A DNA stretch of 64,000 nucleotides from Catajapyx aquilonaris. Lineage: Eukaryota. The stretch is taken from contig KZ538227.1 of NCBI GenBank assembly GCA_000934665.2, forward strand, positions 1 to 64,000. The letters are read 5' to 3'. The position numbers were made by a program, and so were the translations under genes. The notes below the pieces were generated by a model that was not told the origin of the DNA, made no database searches, and saw nothing but the letters and a program-made list of their open reading frames with translations. Below, in pieces: positions 46,201-61,200 of the stretch (positions are counted from its first letter, which is position 1; every line of letters begins with the position of its first letter).

Positions 46201-49200
46201 AAACCAGCAAAATCCGCGTTACAGAATTAATTGACGGCCCTTGACGACGCCATTTTCTGTAACACCTGAAGTGCCGAAAGTTTTCAAGATTTTTTTTTGG
46301 AGGCTTGCTCCCATCAGGTCGCATTAGGTGGGAGATGCAAATGGATGAAGTGGAAGTGAGAGCATGATACGTCTGCAGGGGCTTGGGTTTGGTTGTAAAC
46401 CTAAGCTACTTGGGATTAAACCCAGGAGGCGCAGCTGGAATGCTCTACCCCTCCGTCCCCCCTCTTGGCTATATAGATCAACCAAGGGAGGCAAAGTTGC
46501 GAGCTTTGGCAGCGGATCGTAATGCAGGGATTAAGGAAGAGTTTTCATGCTTTATGACTCGGCTGCCAAAAGAGGTGCTTCAGACTGCCTTATTGTCGAA
46601 GGTGCTTCTGAATTCTTGATATGTCTTGTGTGTGCAGGAAATTATTTGAAACAAATTTGAAGCAATTTATTGGACCAACCGTATACAGCAATTCGCATGC
46701 AGTTTTCATTATTGATAACCAGGGGGATGAACTATCGGAGAAGCAGGTTATTGGCTGTCGACAATGCCAGTGTTTTTGTCAACATATCAAGGGAGTGTTT
46801 CTGGCTTGGCGGTGTCGAGGGAGGATTGGAGCACACCTGGGACATAGTTAGGGATGCCATTTTGTGGTTTGTCATTCAAGTCGACAGTTCTGAGAAGCTG
46901 TTTTATTCTGTTGGTTTCGATCCAGGGTGCATCCTGTAGGATCGCGGCCAAATCATTTTTGTAGCTTTACTGCCAAAAAGGTCGTGGCTCAAACTGTCAG
47001 AATACTTTCGACCAGCTGCTCCAGACAGCTTCACTGACACACTGACAACTCCGAATAGTCGTAAAAAAGGGTGGGGTAGGGAACAGTCAGCGATGATCGA
47101 ATATCAATAGTCCCCTTGCATTTCTCAGTTGATACTTTCTGGAACATACAGCGTGGTTTCTCCAGCTTTTACCTTAATTGCTGCCAATAGAATACTATCT
47201 TAAACAGCAGTTTTTTCTGATTTTGTTGGTTTTTATGAACAAATTAATATCCAACACAATAATAAAAAGTCAGTTAAAATGTCTGAATAATTGCGCATAA
47301 CCAGAATTTATTGGCTCACATGCGACTGCAATGGCCCCGATTTGCTCACATAAGGCTCATGCAATAATAATTCCATTCCAATATTAGCAACCGTTTTGGC
47401 TCCTGCACGTAGCTTGACGATATCGTTCGTCAGATGATATCCAGCATCCCCAAACCCTTGACGTGTATTCTGTGCCTGCCTGAGAATCTCCAGCAGAGAC
47501 TGTAAATGGGAGGGAGCCTGGTCCTCACCCCTCCTATTTTCAACATTGATTTTGCTGTTCGATACTGTGAATTGTGATGAACATTTCCCGCGCTTTGCCT
47601 CTAGTTTGCTTTTCCGCCTCTGGCAAGCCCGCATTGGTATTACGCTGTTGATAAATCATATTACGCGGCTCAAGCCACATTGCTTTTTTGTCTCAAAAAA
47701 GGAGGGGAAGAATATTAATTATCGTGGTTCCCGATTACCCTCGTCCCATTTAGTCCGTGGACATGTATCATGCGCATTGATCACTTTCATCTAAGGGCAG
47801 AAGTTCATTGCGCACTCTTGGGACATCAGCGTAGCAGATTTACATCACTGACGGTTGCACCATATACTGAATGTATCGACCAAAAAAATCTCTATTGGTA
47901 AGCAGCACTGTTCACTAATGAGGATGCGCTAAAATTGGAGATAAATATTTTTGTAGAGTACCAACTGAATCCACTAGCTCTCTGGAGCATACAGGGTTTA
48001 TTTTATCTCGTAACAGAACATCAAATGATAACTAACTTTTTACACACGTTAACGCAAACTTTTGAAGTTGCAATATGTGGCCGTATAGCTTGTCACGCAT
48101 TTACATGTGGAAACATATTCAACAGCAAATGTATACCATAAAGCACTGCTTTCAAAAGTCACGGGTCAAGAGAGATAAGAGGATATAGTTGTGGATTTAA
48201 ATAATACATAACCAGCAACCAGTTTAATTATTAGGCTATATATTTCCATGAGGTTCGAGTACCTCTTCAGGGGGCGCAGTTCTTCAATCTCGTCATCCTA
48301 TAGTGCAACCTTTTAAGAGGGGTCGTATAACCTTAAAACGATAATTCTTCTGGACCTGACTTGCGTTCACAGGTAAGTGAAGTTTGCAAGCAAGCCCCCC
48401 CCCCTCTGATATAATTATGTGGCTTTCTGAAACTGGAGGGAGGAAACCCCCAAACGCAGAAGCACTTAACCATTATCACCACAGTACTGTCATCAGGGAA
48501 TCGACGCTCACATCCCCTTACAGGCATTTTTGGTGCACATCGTCACTACACTGTTACATTGTTGAGATTTTCGTCATGAAAAAACCCCCACTTGGCGCAA
48601 GTAATCAATACAGGTCCGTAGGATCTTGTTACACCTCCGTGTAAGTTATTTAGCGAACATCCGGAAGACATAACTCCAACAACGGCAGGAAATCGACCTG
48701 TCCTGAGCCGCGAAGCAATCAGGCATTCCGGACACGTCGGTGACCATTATAGAGGCGGATTGAGGACGATGACAGTTTGTGGATGGGAAAAGAAGCCACT
48801 TTGTCTGCCTCAGACTCAAACTTCGGTCCAGATCTCCCTTCCTTCATTTCTCTCAGTCCTGAGAGACAGAGAGAGACCCTCTTCTCATCTGCCTTCATTA
48901 CCTCTCACCCTCATGTTGGCAAAGGCCGCAGATTCCATTTGGGTAATTCCCCGGCGTGTCCACTACACACTCCGCAGCTTTCACTTACTGGCTCTATCCC
49001 ACCGTGCCCTAATCCCTCTTACTTCCTACTTTTTTTTTCAAAAAAAAAAATCCGAATTCAGACCCAGAGCACTTTGAACTTTTTCTGCACCAAAATCAAA
49101 GGTATCGCACATCATGCATCGACTGATGAAGACCCATCAAATCTCGAGCACTTAGAATGATGTATGAAGTGCATGTAGAGTGCCCTAGAAATTCGTACTT

Positions 49201-52200
49201 GGAAATATTTTGCACAATTCCTGAACAGTGATGGTGCAAATATTTCTCTTATCCTCCTGAGACCCCTGGTACAGTATACTGTACCTTTGTTTTTTCCAGC
49301 ACCTTCTGACTAACTCAAGCGCGTAAAAAAACAAAAACAAAGGTACAGTATACTGTACTCCGGGTCTCAGGAGAAGCTATGGCGTACACAAAACGTGTGG
49401 AAGTGAAGCACAATACCTTTTGAGAAATGAGATGCAAAACTGGAACTGTGGTGTTGGAAGCATTCGGTGGGATTGGAGGCGGCAGAGGCGACGGCTGGAA
49501 CTCGTGGGTTGGTTCCATCGATGCGTTGATCACCTTGATAAAACCCTCATAGCGCACTTTATGGGCTGAAAAACAAAAAAGAGGGGGGCATTCCCATTGT
49601 TACTTTGCATTTTCGATTTCGGCAAAAGCCACTATTCACACCGCTAATATTACAGTCTCTAATAATGGATGAATCGGGCGCATCAAAAGAATCGAAGCTA
49701 GATCATCTATCCAATATAGATTTAGTGGCCGACCAATAAAATTCCACAGCCTGAAAAAATGGGCCGTTAACCGCATACCTAGAGCTGCAGAATGGCGGCA
49801 GTTGCAGGGTGGCCCAGTCGACTCCAGAGTCTTGCGAGGACAAGCTGCAAAGACATGTGGGAAGTAATTAGTAAGCCAGAACATCCTCCGGATCACGTGG
49901 ATCGTTCCAGAACACAATGTAAAATGCAAAATCATGCTAATCTATGCAGCATGCATGATGGTGGCGAGTCCCCCCCTGCGATGAGCAAAAGACTATTTGG
50001 CCTGAGCGAAATGAAAATTCGATGAAGCGCTGATGGCAACCCTAATTGGTTCGGCTGCTATGCCAGAAAAAAAAAGAGTGGGGGTATGCAATAACCAGCG
50101 TCACAAGTTAAATAATAACAGCCGAATATTGCCGCAAGTGTAGCATCCATTATTCGCAACCCTAAAGGCCAAGCTGTAAACAAGTTTTGCTCAATATTCA
50201 TATATGTGTCCAGATAATACTGTATTTATACGAAAGTTACAAATGCAGGAGTGATAAATGCTGGTTGGTCACCGAAGAATCACGGTGCATCAGCGAAATG
50301 GACTATGTGAGGGATTTGAAACGCAAATCTCCGGAGACGTGCATTTCTTGAAGCATAAAAGACCAAGTGGGAGAGAATAGCTGGGACGTAGTGGGCTGGC
50401 AACGAAAAAAAAAGCCAAGGAGTTAGAGAAGGGGAAGAAGAAGAAGAAAAAAAGAGAAGCTAGGAACGGCAGGAGGATGCTTGTGGAATTCCATTTCCAG
50501 GAAGGGAAACAAGGGAATTCCTGTCCCGACCTCAGGCCGCCGATCGAAATCTAGGCAGGAATTTGGCCCGCCTGTGACGTCATGGGCTCAAAACCCCTTC
50601 TCCTTCGGGACTAACATATAGGCCTGTGAGCAGCGACCGTGTCGTGTCGATGTGCTGCAGTGTTTACTGACGGATTTCAGCCGTGCACCGAGTGTGCTTT
50701 CGGCTCAAGTGCCTTCACGGATCCCTTTCCGATCCTAGACATTCCGGACCAATTACCTCTGCCGCTGATTGAACTCGGAAGCACCTGTTTGGAGACGGTC
50801 TTTTGTGTTCAGGGATTTGGGCGAGGGCACGTTGTTTCAAGTATTTTGTTGGTATACTGCACAGTGCGTCGGAGGCACGCTGTTGTCAAGGAAGGGCCTC
50901 GTTATTGGTAAAGACACCCGTAAAATAGGAGGCTATATGCGGTGGATATTAGCTTCCTCAGGACTCACCTAAATATCGTAAACTACATGTATTCCTACAA
51001 CCAATATTAAGTGCACAAAGTGGTCTCAAACAAAAACATGGATTCTGATTTGCATATATCATCAGAAGCAACAGTTCCGCTTACAACCTTCAGCGTTAAT
51101 CCTTGCAATATTGACCAGCCAGGCAACAGCTTGTGTCGGTCAGTAGCATGCATACTAAAATAGCAAAAATTCTGCACACTGGACATTTTATGCTGTCTGT
51201 CCTAACCATGGTCCTAATTTTTAGACCAGACTAGCGAACATGTCGGAAATCGTGACACATCTTACGCTTGGACTATGCCGGATTCCTGACGGCTGACCAT
51301 AACAGCAAAAATCCCCAAAACAACCCTCCGGACATTAAGCAGCCGAATTTCCCAACACCCATCACACGCATGACGACAGGAAAAGTCCGACGAGCAAGCT
51401 AATTAATATGCAAATGAGTGGCGCCATACAAAAGTCGTAACTCGCGAAATTCCCGCTCATTTCAGCCCCATTCATGCAAGTCGCTTCCACTTGCAGCTCC
51501 AATCGTTGGGGCCTGCTGGGGGAACAGTCATGAGAGGATAGGCTATGGGGATAGGGTAGGAGGGGGGAAAAACCGGTCCAATCTCACGTTTTACATGCAT
51601 AAACCCGGGTCTAATCTGAGGACCGACCGGGCATGGTCTCGTTATTACTGCTTCCCAATGGGACACTTTTCAATTTGCGATCCGGCTTCTACAGCCCCTC
51701 AATACGGCGCATGGCCCTCAAGTGCATAACTGTTCACCTGTATGCTACTCAGGTGGAGTGTTTGTGCTTTCCAACTTTTGGGACAAGTGGTGCCTGGTCC
51801 ATGAAAGGGCCACATTGTTTGCGCCTGTTGGCATGCCTGTTATTGTTGGACTATACAGAGGCACCAGCATCCCCGGACATGAATCAACATATGTCTTACA
51901 GTACAGTGTGCTGGTAGCAAAGTGTGGTAAGGCTGCTTCAATATTGCGGTACATCTGCATCTTTGGTTTCAGCGCAGTTTCGCGAGTGGGTTTGTGTGCG
52001 CGGCGGTTTGGTTTTTGTTTGCCCGGGGTGTGTGCTCATCCGTTGGAATTATTTCTCCCGGGATGAACGGGACACTGGATCGGGGTGAAACCGGATTAAG
52101 CTCACCTTTGATGTGGCTCTCTTCTATTTCGCATGTTGGGCCCTTGTAACCTGGTGGGCAACTGCACCTAAGAGCCTTTTCTCCAACGTACCTGTTGGAT

Positions 52201-55200
52201 AAATGGAAAAAAGCAAAACCCAAGTTTAGTTTATGGCCCAGAGGTTAGTGTATCTGGCATATGAAATCACATGCACAGTGACACACCCAGGAGCTCATAA
52301 GCCAGAAAACACTCCGCAGTTAAATTATCCATATCCAAATGGGGACACCAGCTTGGACATACAGGACATAAAAGGGACAATGAGTAATTCAGCATGTCTC
52401 TCGAGATAAGAAGCAGCAGCCCCTGGTAAACAGAAAAGTCTGACAGATGCGTTGGTCGTGTGAGATGAGGATAAATTTTCTTCCGTGGTCGGCAAGGAGC
52501 GTTAACAAATGCTCCGTCAACCGCACGTCTTCAGGCACACAAAGCAGGAGAGGAGAAATGAGCCTAGTCATTAGTTTCATCACTCAGTGTGCCCTAACTC
52601 CTAGCCCCTAGCTAGCTAGCTCGGCACAAAGCATGCCCGCATAAGCTCAACATTCGGGATTAAAGGGAGATACGCATCACCGACTATGGTTTGTTTTCCT
52701 CCAACGCACATGCCGATAACTGCATTCCAACTTGATGTTAAACATCATGTAAAGGATAAGATGAAAGGAGGATGCCACACAGGAAAATTTGTCTGCGTCA
52801 GTCATGCTGTGAGAAACCATCCAAGTTATAACTCCAAAAATGACCTTTAGCAACATATCCGGACACCGATTTAATTATGTAAATATTGTAAAGAATCAGC
52901 ACCATTATCAGCTGAATTCGCAGCAGATGGGACCAGTAGGCGTCGAGATTCTAGCAGGAAATGTCTAGTGTAGAGGCAAACGCACGGGGTGAGGAGTATA
53001 TAAGGAAGGAATAACGGGGCAACTTGGCCCAATGATCCCTACAAATGCGTGCAAAACAATCCCTTGATGAACCCATTTGCGGCCAAGTGTGGACCCGAGT
53101 ACGCTTATCTACACGGAAAGCTACGAAGCTACTCCGCATCATCAATATTGGAAAGGACGAGAGTTTCCTAGGTCCTTGAAACTAGTGCTGCTTTTCCTCT
53201 GGAAACTAACGGGGCCTAGAATCCGCCTATAGCAGCACTCGTTACAGTCCTGAACTAACTTCCACTCGTTGTTGTTGAAGTACGCAAGGGTTATCCAATA
53301 TCAACGGAATTGACGTACGGGATGGGCAGCCCATAATGTGAGGTTCAATCTCTCAGCCTATTTTCCAAACCTCAATTTCAGCTCAGCTCATCAAGAGTTG
53401 CATTATTTAAGATTTTTTTTGGAAAATTGTGTTTGACTGTATTAAAACTCAAATCAACTGCCAACAGGTTCTTTCTACACACAAAAACCCCAACCTCGCA
53501 TCTCACATTAAATTTTCTGCTGCTCTCTTTGTGACTGTGCATGGCTGTGATCCTTCAAATGCATCATTAATGTGTTCTCGGGAGGAACCTCGAGGGAAAG
53601 GAGCTTTTGGTGGAATCGGCGCAAGTTTGCAATGTTCCTCTCTAAGCTTGAATACAGCATACTCCGTTAGTAGGAAGGCTGAGGCAAACATCTAATACTT
53701 TAAGCTCGGTACATATGCATATGCTGACGATGAACATCAAGTAGAATCCGCACCATGTTTTAATAATTACTAAAAATTTCCGCTTATGTAGCCCTGACAG
53801 CATTGTAATAATTTAATAATTTCACTCCTAACTTTCAGCTGGATGATCGTTTTTTTAAAGTTTTACGACTTTTACTGGGTATAATATTCATTGTGCCATA
53901 TAAGGTCACTTTCGCAAAAGTTGCACAGATCGTCGAATAGTGGAATTGGAAAAGTTAGTCCTTGTCCGTAGGCACTTGGTGCAATTTGGAAAACTTCAGA
54001 ATCGAGCCGCAGGCATTTTTGATCTCTGAAGATACAGGCACATTTTGTACAGTTCCTCTCAGATCTCATGATATCCTTTGTCTTGAAACATCCTTCAGAT
54101 AATATTACGATCAGAGGACTGGTGACATCGCTTCTGTTCTGCAGGCTGTAATCAGCCACAACAGGCCACTGCAGCCAATCATCGACCATATTGCTGTGCA
54201 GTCGTCCTTAAAGTTAACCCTTTCTACAACACAAGCTCCGTGTTCATGAGGGTAATTACCGGCCAACAATTAATCATGACCGTACAGTGAATCTTTTATT
54301 GCCTCTTTCACATCTCGCAAAAAAACCGGCATAGTCCAAAACTGCAGAGCTGGGGGGTCGCTGAAAAAATAATTGCCGCGAGATAAAAATCCTTGCAAAA
54401 ACCTGGCCCACTCACAATTTCGCAAATTGCTTTGCCCTTTCCCCCAAAAAGAAAGTTCGAGCCGAGGAAGCCCCAGAAAAAGGAAATCAGATCCCGGGTA
54501 CTCAAAGTGGGCTGGTGGAGCTGCAAACTTTGTTCAGTCAATATAATTGCTTGCATATAGCTTTCCGGGGATATACGTTTACATGTTATAGCCGCAGCCT
54601 GAAGGCAATTCGCTGATTGGTTGGCAAGAGAGTGAACCTCTGGAGGAATTAGTGTCGGCGGAAACTTTCCTCCAGATTCAATTTCGCCTGCGTTTTTCAC
54701 ACGACCGGCAGATATAAGTTTGGAGGACATGTTTGCCAAATCAGCGAGTTACTTTGGGGGGGGGGGGGGGTTCCCACACACTTCATTTCGATTCGTTCAA
54801 TCTGGGTCGCATATTGCACAAAAATTAAATCTCCATTTGACGGCATCGCATTACTATTTCCTGCCATCCCAGAGCATTATTGAATCACTGCATTATTGCG
54901 TTACTGAATTATTGCATAATCACCTGCACTGCGGAAAAAAGCGACACATTTCATTACCTTAATTATTCCCAATGCTCGTTTGTTGCGGTATATTGCTTTT
55001 TGGAGATAATATGTGTGGAATTCAATGAGACTCACACCCTTCTCTCTAATGATTGAAATTTTTTTGCAGTTGTTCCTTCAACTCCATGAAAGATTTATAC
55101 TTATTTTAACTTCGTACAAGGCACGATAAATTTCAACCTGCAAAATGTTGATAAAAATGCTAAGTATGCTTAAAGTGTAAACTCTATCTCATTATCTCAT

Positions 55201-58200
55201 AGTTTCAGCTGCTGTAATTCAGCATGAAAAATGGAACCGAACAAAAACCCATTGCAGAAAAGTTAATGTTGCGGTTTGAATACAGCACGATGCTTGCATA
55301 CGATGTGTATGAATAGCCAGACAAATACACCAGCATCACTCATTAATCAGATTTTTTGCACAATCCATCCCAAAAAATGACTGGTCGGAAAAAAAAGCAA
55401 ATATCTAAATGTACATTCCCCCCACTCTAGTTGCAAATATATCGGACATGGATAGCCGAATTTAATATGCAATCCATCAACAGCTTGCTGGAATCCGCTG
55501 TAAATATCATCACTATGCACCGCGTTGTTTGTGTCAGTCATAGCCGCCTGCATTAATTACACGAGGTGATAATTAAATGGCGACAACACAACGTTTGCGG
55601 TTTAGTGGCACTGCTAAACAAAAAGCTGTCGGGTGAGTTCAGACGCAACAAAAGGATTTTCTGCAAAGGGTTTTTTTTGCACCTGCGTACATAGGACGTT
55701 TCGAGGGGGGGTGTTTCACGCAAGATTGGACGCGCGGAAAATTTAGAGAGGAAATTTGTCAGGCTGGGACTGCCGTAAACAATGTGGCAATGACGCAATT
55801 GACATTAATCGCCCCCGGAGAGAGCCTTCCGGGGACGCTTTTGTGACCAGTTGATCACCACTCGTTTTCCTGATTCCTCCAAATGGAAAACGCGACTAGA
55901 GCCCGGGTCGACAGAATTTTACCCCAGTCATTTTGTGGGGTCATGGTTTGAGGGGTAAACGCTTTTGTGATGGTCAACACAACTTGGTCCAGGAATTTGG
56001 GCTCATCCGTTTTCGGCCACTGTGCTCTCTTTTGCGTATACGGAATGGCCATGGAGTCAAGAGACCATAAAGTGGTTGCGTAGGATTGCATTTTATTTTG
56101 TTACAGTATTTTATATTAAAATAATATCATAAAGCCCTAATTGCAGAGTATGATAATTAACAGCGTGCTCTAATGTTAATTTTAGTCGTAACATTATTCG
56201 ACCCAAAAGGCCAGCAAGATGTAAATATGTAGGCCTATAAAAAACGGTAAATGTGTTTTTTTAACAGTAAATATGTGCATATTGAGAATGCCCAGTCTCT
56301 GGGAAAACAGTCAGCCCACTAAATTCCCCTCGAGTGCTTAAAGCACTGTAGCTTATATTTTATTCAAAATTGTAATCGAGTGGCAAAGCAGTTTTAAATA
56401 TTGCCTGCAGAAATAGGCCGAGCTTTATATGCGAAAGGCCAGAAGCACAGCCATATGCAATTATTTTGTGGGCAAGGTACATGCTAGTAAAAATTAATAC
56501 ATAATGTAGCTAAAAATTCATATCAGGTTGATTATATCTTGCGGCTTATGACTTTAAAGTGCAATCGTCACAAAGTGGCATGATTGCATACAATATGATA
56601 CGATGAGCTTTACGCTAGAATTAGCAGATGAGCCTGCAGCTTTTGTTGAAAAATTAACAAGATACAAGCAATTACTAATAGTAGAGGCCAATCATGAAAA
56701 CCTTAACAGCCCAGCTCTGTAGCAATTAGAATACGGATTAAGTAATGGATAATCCGCGTAACAATTTACAGTATAATATCATCTCCCTGCCTTACAAAAT
56801 AATAATAGATGCTTGGTCCAATGCTATCTGGCAAATGTGTACACCACATTGCTACTTTAATTAACTTGAGGTTATGCAGGTTACACAGGTGTAAAAACAT
56901 GATAGTTTAATGGTTTAATGTAGCAATTATGCGGCACATTATTGCTCTAACATTATTTGTCTCCAAATATATCAGGTTATTGCACTTTGGTCATTTCTCG
57001 AGGGTCATAAATACGCTTGTAAACAAACAGCTCACATTTAGTACACTACGTTACGTACCTAAAATAGAGACAAAGCAAACTGTCTCGAGTCTATAGACAA
57101 TATTAAATTCTCTCGATTCTGCCTTACACGATTGGCATATACCTACAATTGCCCCGACCTTTATTAAAATTCTGGGCCTAACTATGACAAAGGAAATGTT
57201 CCGAGTCAAAAAAGGAAAGTCAAGGCCCATTAATTGTGCGGTACCACCCTGTAAAAAAATTCTTTTACTGCATCCGGTGCAGGAGTGAAAGATGAATTAT
57301 GGAGGTGTAAAGGAGCGGTTACGATCTACCAGATGGTTTGAGCTGCAAAAGTTAGTTGTAGCTTTAGCCAGACGTTTCCCCCTGCACACATGAGCGTGCA
57401 ACAACTTGGCATAAATGCCTTTTATTTTCTTCCTGAAGCCTGCTTCTACCAATGAAATTGTCTTCCTGCTTACGCTTCGTACCAGACGATGAGCAATTTA
57501 ATTGCCTCCCATCTCGCGTATAAATCACTCTGAAATGTTGTACTTTGGGATTAAAATAGGTGGAGCTCTCAAGGACTCTCGAGGGCCCGTACATTCCATC
57601 AACCGTATTCCGTCATCAGCAACAACTTTGTAAACTTCCTCGGTAGTTACTCCAAGTGGATGAAAAATCCTGATCATTAAAAAAAATCAGGACAACGTAT
57701 TATTGCAAGTGCAGCACATCATAGGTAAAGGTGAGCAAAAAATGGTCGCAGTATATGGAAATAAGGCGGCAACGAGATAAGCGACCTATATTAATTAGCC
57801 CAATCGGTTTCATTAGGCCAGTAATGAAGGAATGGAAGTGCGTCCCTGGAACTTATAAAGGCTTTAATTTAGCCTGGCTGCCATGCTCATTAGCATCTAA
57901 TATCCGCGGACCTTTCGCCAATATTTCTGCTCGCGGATTGCATTTCAAGTGAGACTCTCAGGCGAGTCAGGCCCTCCCCACAATTGCCTTCACCCTCCAT
58001 TTTTATCAATTTTTATACCGTCATTACCACCTCCTGGCCCAGCTGCGATTCCGCCTACTTGCCTTTGCTTTTTCTTCGCTTTTTCATTCGGGCCTGATTC
58101 GTTTTTGGCCGAATTATTACGTGTTTTTGTGGGTCGAATCAAAGGAGCATGCTCTTTCTATAAAAATAATCAAGCTTTAAACTGAAAAACACCCTAATGA

Positions 58201-61200
58201 CCTTTCTACTCTTGCAATGTCCAAAATGGCGCAGTAACAATGTCAATATGGCTGTCCACCATAATGATATAAAAACTCTCTGCACCAATATGATACCACG
58301 AAACTTACTTCATTATATAAATTTGGTTTTATATTTAATTGAACCATGAATCCAAATGACAACACCAGTAATTAACTACAATAAATGGCACCATACAAAT
58401 ATTTTAAATTGCATAAATGTTATTTTGCTAATATTTGACGCGCCAATATTTGGCAAATACCCCACACACATATCCGCTCTAGCAGCTAACCTAACCAACA
58501 TAAATATTCTATTTAAAGTTAGATATTTTCAGAATATAGGGAGTATTGCAATTGAACAGTCACCTTTATTTCTCAAAATTTTGGTGTAGTTTAACTCACT
58601 GATGATGATTATTAATCAGTTACTATTTAAATATTACTTTTAGAGGTTAAAAACTAGTTGTTGATATTCGGTTGAGTGAAACCTCTTTAAGCCCTCAATT
58701 TTGGACCAGTTTATGCACTATTTGTTCTGGTACAGTACTTTTCTAAAACGCCTTTCATGCTTCGCGATACACTCATAAAAGAACAGGCGCATATTTACTT
58801 CGCCAACAGAATACAAACAATACATAGCCCAATTACAGCTTTGAAACGTTTTTTTACTGTTTTTATCTCTTCAGCAATAATTACCGGATTCATTATTTCA
58901 TAAAAGAGGGTTATTAAGCCTTGTTTATGGCGTACATGCATCTCATTTTGGTAGTGGAAATATACAGTGAGACTAATCAGTCAGTCTCTGCAGAGAGCGG
59001 GTTGAATGATAGCCTAATTAAGAGGCTTGTACGGCATAAGGCTCAGACACGATATAATACACGTCAGTAATTCACAGGGTTTCTGGAGAAGCGAGCTTTC
59101 TCCTCGGTACCAGCAATAAATTAATTCCCGCAGAAGCACAGACTACATACAGAAATTCTGATTAGAGCCAAATTAGCTACTAGAAGCCTTCAAGCTAAGA
59201 CGCCGATCGATGGCCTTGAACTGTAAATAATAAACACGATGAAAGATTACGTCCGTGATTATGGATGGGTAAAAATTTCCACTACTTCCAAAAATTTGCA
59301 TTCAATTCTAGTTGGAACATCATGGGGGGAAGCTGAAAAGAAATCCAGTAAATCTCATCGTAATGCACATCCAATTCGGCTTTTCGAAGTGTGGTCAAGG
59401 GGTTAAGACGCCATCTGTGATTTAAGCACGTAAAAAGTTTTTTTTTCGCCGCCTTAAGGGGTTCCTTTAAACACGGAGGCCTTTACACAAGCGTCAGGAG
59501 AAATGTGCTTCGAGTACATATTTCAAACCAAGGAGCGCGGGAAAAAAATGCAATAAATCCGGGAAGGAAGGAATAAAGAAAGCTAAAGTTTGGTATGTTC
59601 TGGCTGGGTGCGTTCTGACAGCCGAAGAACCCAAAATCTGGAATTGAATTTTGCGCAGGCCACTTTTCAACTCCGCCGTTTTCTTGGTCCTCTTCTTCGC
59701 CTGCCTCGTAAATCAAACACCAAGCCACTGCAAATCTTGCTTGCTCCGGAAAAAAATGCGGAGGAAAAAAATTGTAGCAACTCTCAGATAAAAAAATATT
59801 TTACTTGCCGATTAACCTATTCATAAAAAAGCAATAACTGGCTTGAGACAAATGTTTTTACCGACAGTTGTTTCTCCTGCTGGGAGATATACGTGGCTTA
59901 TATATGATAGAAACACTAAAAACTGTCGGCCTTCTAACATTAATTAAATATGCCCCACATTTTTTACTTTTAATATCTTTAAGAAATGCCTACGTAATGA
60001 CAAACTGGCACATAAATTCATTAGCACTTATTTGAATGCTTTAGTCCATCACACTATTTCATTATTTAGAAATTGGATATCAGTCTAGAGCCATCGTCAG
60101 TGTCGGAAGTGTCCCCGTCGTATAGGAGCAAAAGAATAACACGTTCGTCTCCAATTCCATTTCGGAATCCTAACTGCCACAATGTGTCTCAACAACTGCT
60201 TCGAGCCCGCGGCGAAATAAAACGAATCTGCGGGGATTGGCTTTCTTAAAAGAATAAAGAAGAAAAGAGAAGCTGGCCTATACACTCGCTCAAAAACTCA
60301 TCAGAAAATGTGAATCGCTCTTGCACTTGGCAAAATCCTTTGCCATCACGTCTTATGTTAATCCGGGAGCTAGATTTAAAATGGTAAAATGCGGCATAAA
60401 AAAGAATAAAAGCTGTTTTCGTGTTACGAGCCAGAAATTCAAAGACTGTAAAATGTACATTAAGGAAGTTTAAGACTTGCATACTTTCAGAAACAATGTC
60501 ATTTGAATTCTACTTCTCTGATGAAAAGAGCACGGTTACATGCATCTAAATGCCATTAGTGTTATTGCATGTACGATTCATTACAGATTTATTACCTAGA
60601 TTTTGAATGTCAGTACAGTACGGAATCTGTAGGTCTACTAATCAACTTAAAATGTACATTTTCAAAGTATTCCATGCTACTGAGGGAAAAACTGTATGCA
60701 AACTACAGCAACGATACGGTACGTAAGAACTAATATTGAATATTTCTTATTGTAGAGAATGCATCATAGTATCATGCATTACTCTCTCGCATGCATCTAA
60801 ACAAAAATTCACAAAATGAAATTCCCGAACAAGTCTCAAACAAGGAGGTAAATTTTTCATAATGCAAATTCATAAAAAAATACTGCATCGTACTTAACTT
60901 ACAAGATACCTATACGTTATGCGAGACTGTCCCTAATTTGCTTTCAGATACTGTACAGCCCGCCCTTAGTCAAAGGAAACGTGCACGAACTTCACTGACA
61001 TGTAACATTTGCTAATAATCGTGCTAATTTGCTAATGGGACAGCTACGTACAAGTAACAACATGAATCTCTCGGGGGGGGGGGGTGTAAAGTGCCTGCAG
61101 CATATTATGCAGAAGACTAATGTACATTTATGGAAGATGATGCTATAAGCTTACAGCAAATCTGAAGGCCTCTGTAATATAATCTTCCTCTCTGTTAGAC

